A stretch of 64,000 nt of DNA, taken from Eledone cirrhosa. Its lineage: Eukaryota. The position numbers and the translations under genes are program-made. Of this stretch, positions 1-12,915 are shown one piece after another (the stretch's first letter is position 1; every line of letters starts with the position of its first letter). Location of the stretch: positions 205,840,001 to 205,904,000 of the forward strand of contig OZ024740.1 in NCBI GenBank assembly GCA_964016885.1, read 5' to 3'. Below the pieces are notes generated by a model that saw nothing but the letters and a program-made list of their open reading frames with translations, was not told the DNA's origin and ran no database searches.

Positions 1-2290
1 CACAGTCCTGTTCACAGTCATATTCACACACACAGTCATATTCACACACACAGTCCTGTTCACACACACAGTCCTGTTCACAGTCATATTCACACACACA
101 GTCCTGTTCACAGTCATATTCACACACACAGTCATATTCACACACACAGTCCTGTTCACAGTCATATTCACACACACAGTCCTGTTCACAGTCATATTCA
201 CACACACAGTCCTGTTCACAGTCATATTCACACACACAGTCCTGTTCACACACACAGTCCTGTTCACAGTCATATTCACACACACAGTCCTGTTCACAGT
301 CATATTCACACACACAGTCATATTCACACACACAGTCCTGTTCACAGTCATATTCACACACACAGTCCTGTTCACACACACAGTCCTGTTCACAGTCATA
401 TTCACACACACAGTCCTGTTCACAGTCATATTCACACACACAGTCATATTCACACACACAGTCCTGTTCACAGTCATATTCACACACACAGTCCTGTTCA
501 CACACACAGTCCTGTTCACAGTCATATTCACACACACAGTCCTGTTCACAGTCATATTCACACACACAGTCATATTCACACACACAGTCCTGTTCACAGT
601 CATATTCACACACACAGTCATATTCACACACACAGTCCTGTTCACAGTCATATTCACACACACAGTCATATTCACACACACAGTCCTGTTCACAGTCATA
701 TTCACACACACAGTCCTGTTCACAGTCATATTCACACACACAGTCCTGTTCACACACACAGTCCTGTTCACAGTCATATTCACACACACAGTCCTGTTCA
801 CAGTCATATTCACACACACAGTCCTGTTCACAGTCATATTCACACACACAGTCCTGTTCACAGTCATATTCACACACACAGTCCTGTTCACAGTCCTGTT
901 CACACACACAGTCCAGTTCACAGTCATATTCACACACACAGTCCTGTTCACAGTCATATTCACACACACAGTCCTGTTCACAGTCATATTCACACACAGT
1001 CCTGTTCACAGTCATATTCACACACACAGTCCTGTTCACAGTCCTGTTCACACACACAGTCCTGTTCACAGTCATATTCACACACACAGTCCTGTTCACA
1101 GTCATATTCACACACACAGTCCTGTTCACAGTCATATTCACACACACAGTCCTGTTCACAGTCATATTCACACACACAGTCCTGTTCACAGTCCTGTTCA
1201 CACACACAGTCCTGTTCACAGTCATATTCACACACACAGTCCTGTTCACAGTCATATTCACACACACAGTCATATTCACACACACAGTCCTGTTCACACA
1301 CACAGTCCTGTTCACAGTCATATTCACACACACAGTCATATTCACACACACAGTCCTGTTCACACACACAGTCCTGTTCACAGTCATATTCACACACACA
1401 GTCCTGTTCACAGTCATATTCACACACACAGTCATATTCACACACACAGTCCTGTTCACAGTCATATTCACACACACAGTCCTGTTCACACACACAGTCC
1501 TGTTCACAGTCATATTCACACACACAGTCCTGTTCACAGTCATATTCACACACACAGTCCTGTTCACAGTCATATTCACACACACAGTCCTGTTCACACA
1601 CACAGTCCTGTTCACAGTCATATTCACACACACAGTCCTGTTCACAGTCATATTCACACACACAGTCATATTCACACACACAGTCCTGTTCACAGTCATA
1701 TTCACACACACAGTCCTGTTCACAGTCATATTCACACACACAGTCATATTCACACACAGTCATATTCACATACACAGTCATATTCACACACACAGTCCTG
1801 TTCACAGTCATATTCACACACACAGTCCTGTTCACAGTCATATTCACACACACAGTCATATTCACACACAGTCATATTCACATACACAGTCATATTCACA
1901 CACAGTCATATTCACATACACAGTCATATTCACACACACAGTCCTGTTCACAGTCATATTCACACACACAGTCCTGTTCACAGTCATATTCACACACACA
2001 GTCATATTCACACACATAGTCATATTCATATACACAATCATATTCACACATACACACACACACAGTCATATTCACACACACAGTCATATTCACATACACA
2101 GTCATATTCACACACAGTCATATTCACATACACAGTCATATTCACACACAGTCATATTCACATACACAGTCATATTCACACACAGTCATATTCACACACA
2201 CACAGTCATATTCACACACATAGTCATATTCATATACACAATCATATTCACACATACACACACACACAGTCATATTCACACACACAATCC
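1..2290. repeat. Modular satellite of CACAGTCCTGTT / CACAGTCATATT / CACACA units; runs off the left edge
   Basis: Two 12-mers and a 6-mer in variable order; decays into a (CA)n-like tract after ~2000. Confidence 0.95.
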
Positions 2291-3146
2291 TATTCATATG
2301 CACACATACTATACACACTAGTTATTTTTTATTAACAACAAAACCAAATTTGGTACAATATCCTCTGATAAATTTAATGAGACTATGTCCTTCAACAGTT
2401 ACACTTAAACTAATCCATATATTATTATTTATGTATTATACATGCACCTTTGATGAGTAGTAGTGCACCTGAGCAATGATTTTTATTATTATTATTATTT
2501 TCATTTAAAAAAATACAACTATTTCTCCCAAACATGTATAAAAGTATGCAACCGATAGTAAAATTAACCACACCCTTCATAAATCAAAGATTATCTCTGA
2601 GGCGTAATTGATGCATAGTAAATAATACACAACAAAATATCTCTCCATTTAATCTCCAATAGTAGGCTTAAATCCCAGGCCAGCTTAAGACAATCCAACT
2701 GTTTAAAATGTATCCCCAACTGTAAAAGTCACCTTCAGCTGTCATTTAAAGTTTAAATATATCATACATTACATATCTATATTTACTGAATGAGTTCATT
2801 TCTGATTTTGTTTAAATAATTAATACATAATAGTTGTAAAAGAAGAGAGAAAAGATAAACAGACATACATACACACATATAAACATACACACACACATAC
2901 ACATATATGCACACACCATTGCACGCACACACACACACATACACACACACACACATATATCTCCCCCCACACACACCATCAGGCACACACACACACATAT
3001 ACACACATACATAAATATAAGGGTTTTTTTACAGTTTCTATTTAGCAAATTTACAGGCAAAGCATTGGCTGGTTGAAAGAACACATTTTCCCAAAGTTAA
3101 ATTATGCCATACTATAGAATTACAACTACCATCATTATCTGATAAT

Positions 3147-3261
3147 TGTTTCTACTTTTGGCACCAAGGCCAGCAATTATCCCAGTGTATTACTGGTACT
3201 TTATTTTATCGACTCCATAAGGATGAAAGGCAAAGTTAACACCGGCGGGATTTGAACTCAG
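3147..3261 (-). mobile_element. 5'-truncated tRNA-derived SINE
   Basis: Matches the 47774 copy; 16-bp TSD ATCATTATCTGATAAT on both sides. Confidence 0.85.
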
Positions 3262-3819
3262 ATCATTATCTGATAATAAAGTGTTAATTACATTAAAACA
3301 AATATCAATCAGATACTGAATGAGTTAATTTAGTTAACTCCTTTACAACATATATGCTTCATTGTACTAATAGAACGGTTATATTAAGACTTTTAGAGGC
3401 CTTAAGTATTGAACAAATCACAAGGCCCCTTTTTTATGGGCCCTGATTCAGCTGTAGCATTTCACCATAGCCCATTGTAAATCTGTATATATATGTTATG
3501 AATGCTTGTTAACCAGAAATATATTTGTATCCTGAGAAGTTTTTAAGGGAGATGTATGTTAGTGATACAAGTCTATGATGACATCCAATCCTTGCTAGCA
3601 GAAAAAAATAAGACATTAAATGATGATGATGATGATAATTATGAAGATGATGTTGATGATGTTTAGTCAGGGAAGAAAGGTCTGTGTCCATTATTTTGTC
3701 AAAACCTCCAAGACTGAGGGAGGAAGGGAAGGAAGCTATCCTCTTGTCTGAGACCTGGCTCAAATGATTACAACAGAGTGGACAACCATTAAAGGTGCCC
3801 AAGGATCAGGTGGACCGTT

Positions 3820-4024
3820 CAGGGCTGGATTTAGATCTAGGGGGGCCCAGGACACTTCAGAGTTTGTTTGTTTGTTTTTTGGAGAGGGGGGGGGGGGGGG
3901 GGTCATATACAAAAAATTAAAATTCACCAAACCCCCAATTTTACATATCAAAGTCAGCTGGTGCAAGTAATTGGAATTGAAAAGTCACTGGTGCCCCTCT
4001 TCCCTTCCATTAAATCTGGCCCTG
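3820..4024. mobile_element. MITE with CAGGGC...GCCCTG termini; related partial copy at ~34717-34940
   Basis: Imperfect TIR CAGGGCTGGATTTA / TAAATCTGGCCCTG; internal sequence shared with ~34880-34935 in reverse orientation. Confidence 0.55.
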
Positions 4025-4269
4025 TGGATATGGTAAACCAAGTGACAATCCATATCTGCCATCAAAGTTCACCACACAAGTAGAATATACAAGTTTATCA
4101 CCTAAGAACAAATACTATAAGTAGAAACAAATATTATGATGTCACTGCCCCTGGACTGGTATTTTATTTATTGACCCTGAAAGGATGAAAGACAAATTTT
4201 CCTATATGTTGTCAGTTCTAACATTTAACTATATGTAAACAATAGAATTCTCACTCTCTTAATCTACTG

Positions 4270-4314
<45 letters not shown>

Positions 4315-5239
4315 TTAACGTCCATTTTCCATGCTTGCATAAGTGTAAACAGGTTGTTATGTTATGAGACAAGTCAGATGATGTCTTGCTCATATGGATT
4401 TGTATTTTAGCTTGGCTCCTATGGCTGGATGCCTTTCCTAGCACCAACCTTGCTACAGTGGGGACTGGGTGCTTTTTATTTTGGCAGCAAACAACCATCT
4501 AACCGGTTGGACTGGGTGTTTTTTGTTATGTCACCTGCATGACTACCTTACTGTGTGGACTGGGTGCTTTTTGTCCTGTCACCAATATGACCACTTTACT
4601 GGGTGGACTGGATGCTTCTTTGTTGTGTCACTAACAGGAACACCTTACAGGATGGACTGGGCATTTTTTGTTGTTTCACTTGCATTACCACCTTACAGAG
4701 TAAACTGGGTACTTTTTTCTAGTGTCACCAGCATGACTGCTTTACAGGGTGAACTAGGAGCCTCTTGTCATGTCACCAGCAGAGTGACACCTTACAGAGT
4801 GGTTTGGGAGCTGCCTCTTATCGTGTTATCAGTACGACCACCTTACACTTTCCTAGTACACAGATAGTTGCATCCATCTTATAGAGTGGTCTGGGTGCTT
4901 TTTGTCATGTCACCATCATAACTACCTTACAAGGAAGACAGATAGTTGTATAGGATAAATACTTCAATGTTTAATGTGATACAGTTATAGTGTTGTTTTC
5001 TACTTTTCAAGAATGTTATGCTTGTGTGGTTTCATGTAATACAGGATGTTAAGAGATTATTTAAGCAATAGCTTTATTGATGATGTTCCATGTTATTGGG
5101 GTATGTTCTGGCCTCTCTTTACTGAGTTTCCAGGAGAATTGGAACAAGGACATCACCTTTTCTATGTCCCATGATCTATAGATGCATGATTCTAGATGAT
5201 AGTAATATTGGCTTGTTAATTTATCCAAAGTGAGTCGTC

Positions 5240-5560
5240 TTCTTCTTCTTCTTCTGATCGGGCTGGATCCCAAGCAAGACCAGCCAAGTTCATGGATGTT
5301 ATCCAACCATCTTGTTTGGGGTCTACCCCTTGATCTCCTGCCAGTTGGTTTTGCCCATAAAATCTGTCCTGAGACATTCTAACCACATGGCCATATTATC
5401 AGAGATGTGATCTCAATTTGGAGAAGTAGCAGCTCTACCTGGAGTGACTCTCTGACCTCCGAGCTACACACTCTATTGAGTAACGTTACTCCAGACCCTT
5501 CAGAGGAACCCCATTTCGCATGCTTGTATTCACAATCATATTCTTTCGGTCATTACCCAA
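5240..5560 (-). mobile_element. Degenerate RTE-group LINE 3' fragment; related piece at ~28320-28510
   Basis: Minus-strand translation pieces YGHV.RM, WAKPTGRRSRGRPQTRWLDNI. Confidence 0.65.
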
Positions 5561-5580
5561 GATTCATAATGATGATGATA

Positions 5581-5626
<46 letters not shown>

Positions 5627-6739
5627 GGAGGAGGAGGAGGGGGGGATGACAATGTAAGTGGTAGTGCTAGTGCCATGGTAAAATGCACTCAGTACACTAT
5701 GTAAAATGGTGGACACTACGGAAGGCATCCAGCTGTAGAAATCATGTAAAATTGGAATGTATGAGACATGGTCTTCCTTATCTGTCAAAATGTGGACTGT
5801 AACATCCTGCCCAACCATTGCAAGTAAAATGATGATGATGATGATGATAACGAGGAGGGCGAGGGTGGTGGCAGCGAAGATGATGATGATGGGGGAGGGG
5901 TGATTATGATTGTGGTGGTGGTGGTGGTTATTGTGGCGGTGGTGTTGGTGGTGATTGTTATTGTGGTGGTGATGGTGGTGATGATGATTGTTATTGGGGG
6001 GGGGGGGGGGAATAATGATGATGATCATCATCATCGTGGTGATCCTTCAGAACATGAAATAATACAATAAAATACAACTTGCTTATACAGATTTTTTTTT
6101 AAATGTATATATAATTAGTATTTATTGTCTATTTTATATTCTGTTTCTGTCTGTCTGTCTCTCTCTCTCTCTGTTTGTCTGTCTCTCCTCCGTCTCTCTT
6201 TCCATTACTGCTATAAATGAAAACTATCTTCTGAGCTGTATCATATTCTTCTAGATAGAAATGCTGACATAAGACAGATACTTCACTAACAAATACTATA
6301 AACCTGCTTAGATTGAGGAGTAAATACAAAGAAAGTATGGTAGTTGCTAGTTGCTAGTTAACATACATCTCTATTGCTTACTTTCTCCTTTCAGATAAAC
6401 ACCATCAGTCTAAATCATAACATGATAAATGGACACATAACTCACTAACAGTATAGATGGCTGTGGCATATCGTTAATATCTTCTTCTAACTAGAATTAC
6501 ATCATGCTAACCATGTCTTTTTTTATCAGAAGTTTTTCTGGCTGGGTGACCTTCCTATCACCAACCATATATTCAGAGTGATTGCAATTTACACACAGCA
6601 CCACCTGTATTCACCCACAATGGGTTGCAGGAAATTCTTCAAGTATCTGCTCATAATTATCTCCACACTATATGAGATACTGGACTATCAGTTGCCAGGA
6701 AATTTGTGGTATATATATGTATATGATTTCCATATATAT

Positions 6740-7140
6740 ATATCATCATTTTACGTCTGCTTCTCCATGCTTGCATAGTTTGGATGGGTCCTTTCCAGCA
6801 AACCTCTTTCAACTACATAGCATTCCTTCATTATTTCCTCAGTGTAGTTCAACATCTTCATTCTAATAATCTGTGTCCAAGTTTTTCTTGGTCTTCCTCT
6901 ACCGCAACTTCCTTCCATTAATATCTCCTGGCACTTCTCCACCTAGCAACCAGTATCCATATGCATCACATGTCCCTACCAATGCAGTCTTCTCTTTTGC
7001 ACATGACTTCTGATTCCTTTTATACCCAGTTTTCCTCTTAGTTTATCCATGCCCGGTTGTGCATGCACAGTAACATTACACACCCAATGGAGCATATGCA
7101 CTTCATTTCTCTCCAACCTCCATAAATCCTCAGCATTTAC
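6740..7140 (-). mobile_element. RTE LINE 3' fragment
   Basis: EDLWRLERNE..MLHWVCNV, RRLHW, GSCGRGRPRKTW, then a (GAT)n tail. Confidence 0.85.
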
Positions 7141-7500
7141 CACCCAAATTGTTAACCATGTTGCCAACAACAACCCTGAGTACCTTTTTGATTTCCATGT
7201 GTCTAACACACGTGGACATGCCCACAAAGTAAGAAAACAGCACAGTTCCCATGACTTTCGGAAACATTTTTTCACGCTCAGAGTTGCTGAAGCATGGAAC
7301 AAACTACCTGCATCAGTTGTTAGCTGTCGAGACACTGCATCCTTTAAGGCCTCCATGCTTCCCGAGATCCGCCAATACTACAGCTAACACATACACACAT
7401 GTACTTCCCTGACATTTGTGTATTATTCTATGTACTATACATACACCTTTGACGAGTTGTAGTGCACCTGAGCACTTTACACAATAATTTCATTATTATT
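7141..7500 (+). mobile_element. CR1/L2-clade LINE 3' end
   Basis: NTRGHAHKVRK..FRKHFFTLRVAEAWNKLP; (ATT)n tail; same family as 43500-44692. Confidence 0.85.
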
Positions 7501-7501
7501 A

Positions 7502-8111
7502 TCTATATATATAAAACAGAGGATGTCTGTGTGCCTGTTTCCCTAAAACTCGAGAAGTACTCAACCGGTTTTTTTCAAACTTTATACATGTAACTCGTAT
7601 GACTCTGGAAGTGTTTTGAGCTAAAAAAATTCAAATTTTCAATGTCCTAGGGACCGCATTAGGCGATTTAGCGATCTCTTTCTCTTTCTCTTAGTCTTTC
7701 TCTTTTTAGATAGATACATAGATATGACGTCGCGCCTTCATAATATCTGTCTGTATGCCTGAATGTCTGCATTACGTCATTATCACGCGATCAGTGTGTG
7801 TGTGTATATATTCTTATGCCAGGGAACGTCTTCACGAACCAAAGTATCGTCTTCCTGTTTTCCAGATTGATTTTTTTAGTTTAAGAAGATCCCGTTAAGT
7901 GTGAAAGCAGTGATTCTTTGCTTAAACTTTAATCTGTTATTTTAATATATATATATATATAATTATATATTCATGGACAGATATTTTTGCATACACAATA
8001 ACAAAATATAAACAAACGTATTTATTTCACGAGGCTCGATAATGATAAATATATATCAAATATATAAGAACCCTAGAGCAAATCCCGAGCAACGCCGGGA
8101 CATTCTGCTAG
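7502..8111 (+). mobile_element. Non-autonomous Helitron
   Basis: 5' TCTATATATATAAAA, subterminal hairpin CCCGAGCAACGCCGGG, 3' CTAG, inserted between A and T; homologous to 41235-41922. Confidence 0.9.
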
Positions 8112-8415
8112 TATATCTATAAAAACACTGTCTTGGTACATTTGATATTAAAGAGTATTTCAACTGCCAGCCTTGAACCAATGAGGAAATGACTTTAAGC
8201 CAGTAAAAGCTTTTTTATATATTTTTGATAATATATTCTCCATAACTTCAATAGTTGAGAGATTAATTAAGCAATCCCTGCTGAGTCTTGATAAATATGA
8301 AACTAGTTGGCTGCTTCCACAATCTCAGCCTCCAAACATCCAATCACTTATCCATAGATTATTTTCTAACAGTAAGACTAAATATTGTCTATAAAACATA
8401 TGCTTTCCAATTTCC

Positions 8416-8700
8416 ATCATCATCATCATCATCACCGTTTAACGTCTATCTTGCACGCTAGCATGGGTTTAGACGGGAATTGTCCCACTTGAGGCAAGAT
8501 TGGTCGTCTTGCTCGTATGGGACTGTCTGGCGGGTTTTCTACGGATGGATGCCCTTCCTAACCAACCACATTTACAGTGTGGACTGGGAGGTTTTTTTAC
8601 CATGTTACCTACACGGCCACATTACAGCGAGGACTGTGTGTTTTTTTGTCGTGACACCTACACAACCTCATTTTTTAGGACTGGATGTTGTGGTACCAAC
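8416..8700 (-). mobile_element. RTE-associated 3'UTR fragment; also 60250-60545, 59240-59460, 4270-4920
   Basis: Similar to the 3'UTR of the RTE at 57875-59125; (GAT)n tail. Confidence 0.75.
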
Positions 8701-10479
8701 TTAACTTTAATACATTTATTCATAACAAGAGTGTTGGTATTTTGTTATTAAATATGTGTGTATGTCTGTGTGCATATATATATATATATTTATCCTGTTT
8801 AATATAGAAATGACTTCTATGTAATATAAATACAACCATTATACAATGATAGTTGGCTTTCCTGATGATTTCTTTTGAATGTAACAGTTCTAGTCCCATA
8901 GAAGTCATTTCTATATTAAACATCATGTTTACACTCTACTAATGTTTTGAGTACCTTACTTACTGTGGTTACCCCAATTGAACCTAGGACTCACACACAC
9001 ATATATATATATCATGTATGAATGTATTAATGTATGTATGTATCTATGTATGTGTGTAGATATACATATTTCCATATACATAAATCTTCATCAAAGAAGG
9101 ACTCTGTCAGAAAAGTGAAGTCACCTCTCCTCTTGATACACAAACAAACCTTAATTTACATTTATACATAAAGTCGTCATACATAAAACAATTTATTACA
9201 AGTTTCTGGAAGCTTCTTCCTTTTCTGACATATTTATTTTTTTTAAAGATACTTGTCCTTGTCATATCACTAATAGAAGCCAATGCAGGTACTTTCACCA
9301 AAGAAAAAAAGGCTTTAACATGTCGGAGAGGATCCTGGAACTCTTTGAAAAAATATGGTATGTGGCTCAAACATGTTGCCAGTCTACTATCATTTATATA
9401 TATATATATATAAAACAATGTTTAGTTATAAACAATAACCTCCAAACTCTGACAATCATGAAGAGATAAAAAAAAAATCAAAGAATTTTTGTAAAGAAAC
9501 TGTCATTGGCTCAGTTCTTCAAAGAGAAATACGAACAGATGTCATTTTGTCATGGATAACATTGAGTTAAATTAACTCAACAGTTGTTGTTTATATATCT
9601 AAGTAAAGTTACTTAACTCTAGAATTACATATAACATTTAATGGATGCAGCATTGGTTAAGAAGTTTGCTTTGCAATCATTAAGGCTATGTTTTATCCTC
9701 ATGTGTGGCATTTTGAGCAAGTGTCATTTATCACATTCATAACCTCAGATTGACCCATCTCTAGTGAGTGAAATTGGGTAGATGGAAATTGTTTGTAATT
9801 CAATGGTCCAGCTTTGTTAAACACTATGTTGGGCTGAATCTCCCTGAGGACTACATAAATGGTACATGTGTCTATAGAACTGGAACACTAAAAGTGTTGG
9901 AGCCAAGAAGGCCATTAAGCCATTAAACATTGTTTTAAAAATAACCCCATGATGAGAATGGACTGTACCTGCGAGAATGGACAGTACCTGCAAGTCAAAA
10001 GGTTAACCTTGTCACACAATGTCATACTGAATCTTCCTCAGATCATACATTGTTGGTACATATGCTTGGGAATGCTCAGGCACTTGCCTGTTAATTTCTG
10101 AAGCAGGCTCTTTCGTTGATAAAAAAAAAAAACTGAAAAACTGGAAGACTCATTGTCAAAACAAATTGAGGTCCATTCCAATGTTACTGAGATATACGAT
10201 AATTCTATATGGAATCATTTTAATCCTTTTGATAACAAACCACCTAAAGCTAGCCCAGGTTCTGTGATACAAAACTGTTTATTTAAAGTGCTTTTATTTA
10301 AAGCATTTTTGTTTATCCATCTTATACCTCTCAAACGTTTAACTCCCATGAAATTAGGATAAGTTCCAGGTTTTGTGCAAAAAACAAGAAGAAATGGATA
10401 TAAAACAGTAGCTTTCTCTAATTTTCTGATTATGAATTTAGGGAAATGACATATTTGTCCTCCTTCAATTTATTCCTCT

Positions 10480-10708
10480 TTAATCCTTTAGCATTTACAT
10501 TACTTTATATATACTATTATATTTTCATGGTAAAGGCTTTACCTCACATAATTATCTCGCATGATATCGAATCTATGAGATTTTGATATTATTCATTTTG
10601 AGAACAATACCTTAACATCATTATGAGTGGCTAGTTACAGCTGGCCTGAACAGAAAGAAGTGAAAGAATTCTGGTCTGATATGACCAGTTTAAATGCTAA
10701 AGTGTTAA
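10480..10708. mobile_element. piggyBac-type MITE, copy 1
   Basis: TTAA flanks, degenerate TIR similar to CCCTTTAGCATTTA; homologous to 12025 and 17821. Confidence 0.8.
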
Positions 10709-12024
10709 TATAAAATAGAATGGAGTGGATTTTTGTTGGTTTGAACAATGAGTGTACCAGTTATTCAATCAATGAAACTGCCTGCTCATGAAACTAAAGT
10801 GGTTGAGTATTCCACAAACATGTGTATCCTTAATGTAGTTCTAAAATAGATTAATGGTGACACAGTGTATGTATGACAAGGCTGGCCTTTTGATATATAT
10901 AGGTACAGTCATACGGCAAGCTTCCAAACAATTTCCATCTCCCCAATTTCACTCACAACACTTAGGTCAACCAGAAGCTATGGTAAATGACACTTGCCAA
11001 AGATGCCACATAGTGGGATCAAACTCTTGACCCTATTATTGTGAAGTAGACTTCTTAAACATCCAATTATGCTATATCCATCCTTTTACATATCATCATC
11101 ATCATTATTTTATATCTGTTTTCCATATTAGCATAGGTTGGCCATTTTGTCACAGTCAGAGAACAGTCATAAACCAAGGAATTATGTCCTGCTCCTATGT
11201 TCTATTTTTGACATGGTTTCTATGGCTGGATACCTTTCCTAATGCAAACCACTTTACAGACTTGCATGTATACATGTCTTTTTGCCATTCTTTAAACTAA
11301 TAAATTTCAGATGGAGATTTGTTGTTAACATCTTCTTTCTAACATTCCTTCATATGAATTTCTGCTAATGATTTCCTTAAATACTTGATTAATTCAAAAT
11401 GGTCAAAATAGATTTTCCAATTCCATTGTAACCAGTAACCAGACTATTGAATACTAAGTAAAGAATGTCATTCAGAAACACACACAGCCACTTTTTTCTT
11501 CTACTGAATGACCATTGCATCTGATATGTATTCATGCATACACATACATACATACATACATACATACATACATACATACATACATACATACATACATACA
11601 TACAGATTTATACCTGTGATTTTGGGGGCACTGAGATTTGTTAGTAACTACCTCAATACAAATCTTGAGAAGCTGGGCTTCACAGGAACACAAAGAACAT
11701 GACTAGTTAGGAAATTACAAGTACAATCCATTAATGGAACAGTAAAAATATATAAAACATTAAAAAAATTCTGCATCTAATAACTGCATGTACACATGTA
11801 CAGATACAAGCATATGCACATGCACACATAACTTAAAACATACGCATCTACACATACAATAACATCCATACCTGCACACACACGCATGCATGCAGATATG
11901 CATACATATCTACCTAGTTGATATTGTGTAAATTCCAACAAAAGTGTCTTGTGTCTATGTTAGAAACCGACTCTCTCTTTATTGGTAAAAATTTATAAAA
12001 TTATAAAACCAAAAGAACATACAT

Positions 12025-12253
12025 TTAACCCTTTAGCATTTACATTATTCAATATTTACTAATATATTTTCATGGTAAAGGCTTTATCTCACATAATTAT
12101 CACACATAATATCGAATCTATGAGATTTTGATATTATTTATTTTGAGAACAATATCTTAATGTTGGTATGAGTGGCTGGTTATGGTCAGTTTGAACAGAA
12201 AGAGGTGAGAGAATTCTTGCTGGATACAGCCGGTTTAAATGCAAAAGGGTTAA
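12025..12253. mobile_element. piggyBac-type MITE, copy 2
   Basis: TTAA-CCCTTTAGCATTTA ... TAAATGCAAAAGGG-TTAA. Confidence 0.85.
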
Positions 12254-12878
12254 AGGTTAAAACAAATGATTTCAAGGGAGACTACTTGCCTCAAGTTCTA
12301 TTTTTTTAATCGGTGTGTGCATGTGCATGTTGTAAATAGCATAGTTAGACACTGCTTTTTGTATACCATCCCACATCCAAAATGGTCACTATGCACTCAT
12401 AGAATTATATAAAGTGTAGTATATACATTTACTTTCTGTAGTTACTTCCAAACAATCATTTCATACGAAATTTCATTGTAGTTATTGTCACATAGTGTAT
12501 TATTACTGGAGTTTGATAGCAAAAGTTTCATATTTTGTCTGCAAACCAGCATGAGATCTGTATTTGTGTTCATTATTTGTGTTGGGTGCTTTATAATATG
12601 AACATTTTCAGTCAAACATAAGTGGCACTGTTTTGAAACATTACTGTCACTGAGTCCAAAGTATTAGATATTAGTTTTAGACCATGGTTTGTCTCACAAA
12701 CTGCCAACTCTCAGTCTGTCAATTTCCCATCTATCTATTTATCTACCTAATCTACCAATCTTTATTATAACTTTCTTTTTCTCTTTTGCCTCTCTCAGCA
12801 CAGTCACTGCTTTCTCCTTTCAGAAACAGGGCATCTAATAAACAAAAGCACTCAGCATATGACTTAGCCTTTTACAAA

Positions 12879-12915
<37 letters not shown>

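Noticed and set aside
990-2111. Cys-rich ORFs (CEYDC/CEQDC repeats)
   Set aside because: By-product of 6n-length satellite modules; no unique N- or C-terminus and no splice context
5564-6034. His/Ser-rich 156-aa ORF
   Set aside because: Trinucleotide repeats around an RTE-associated repeat fragment
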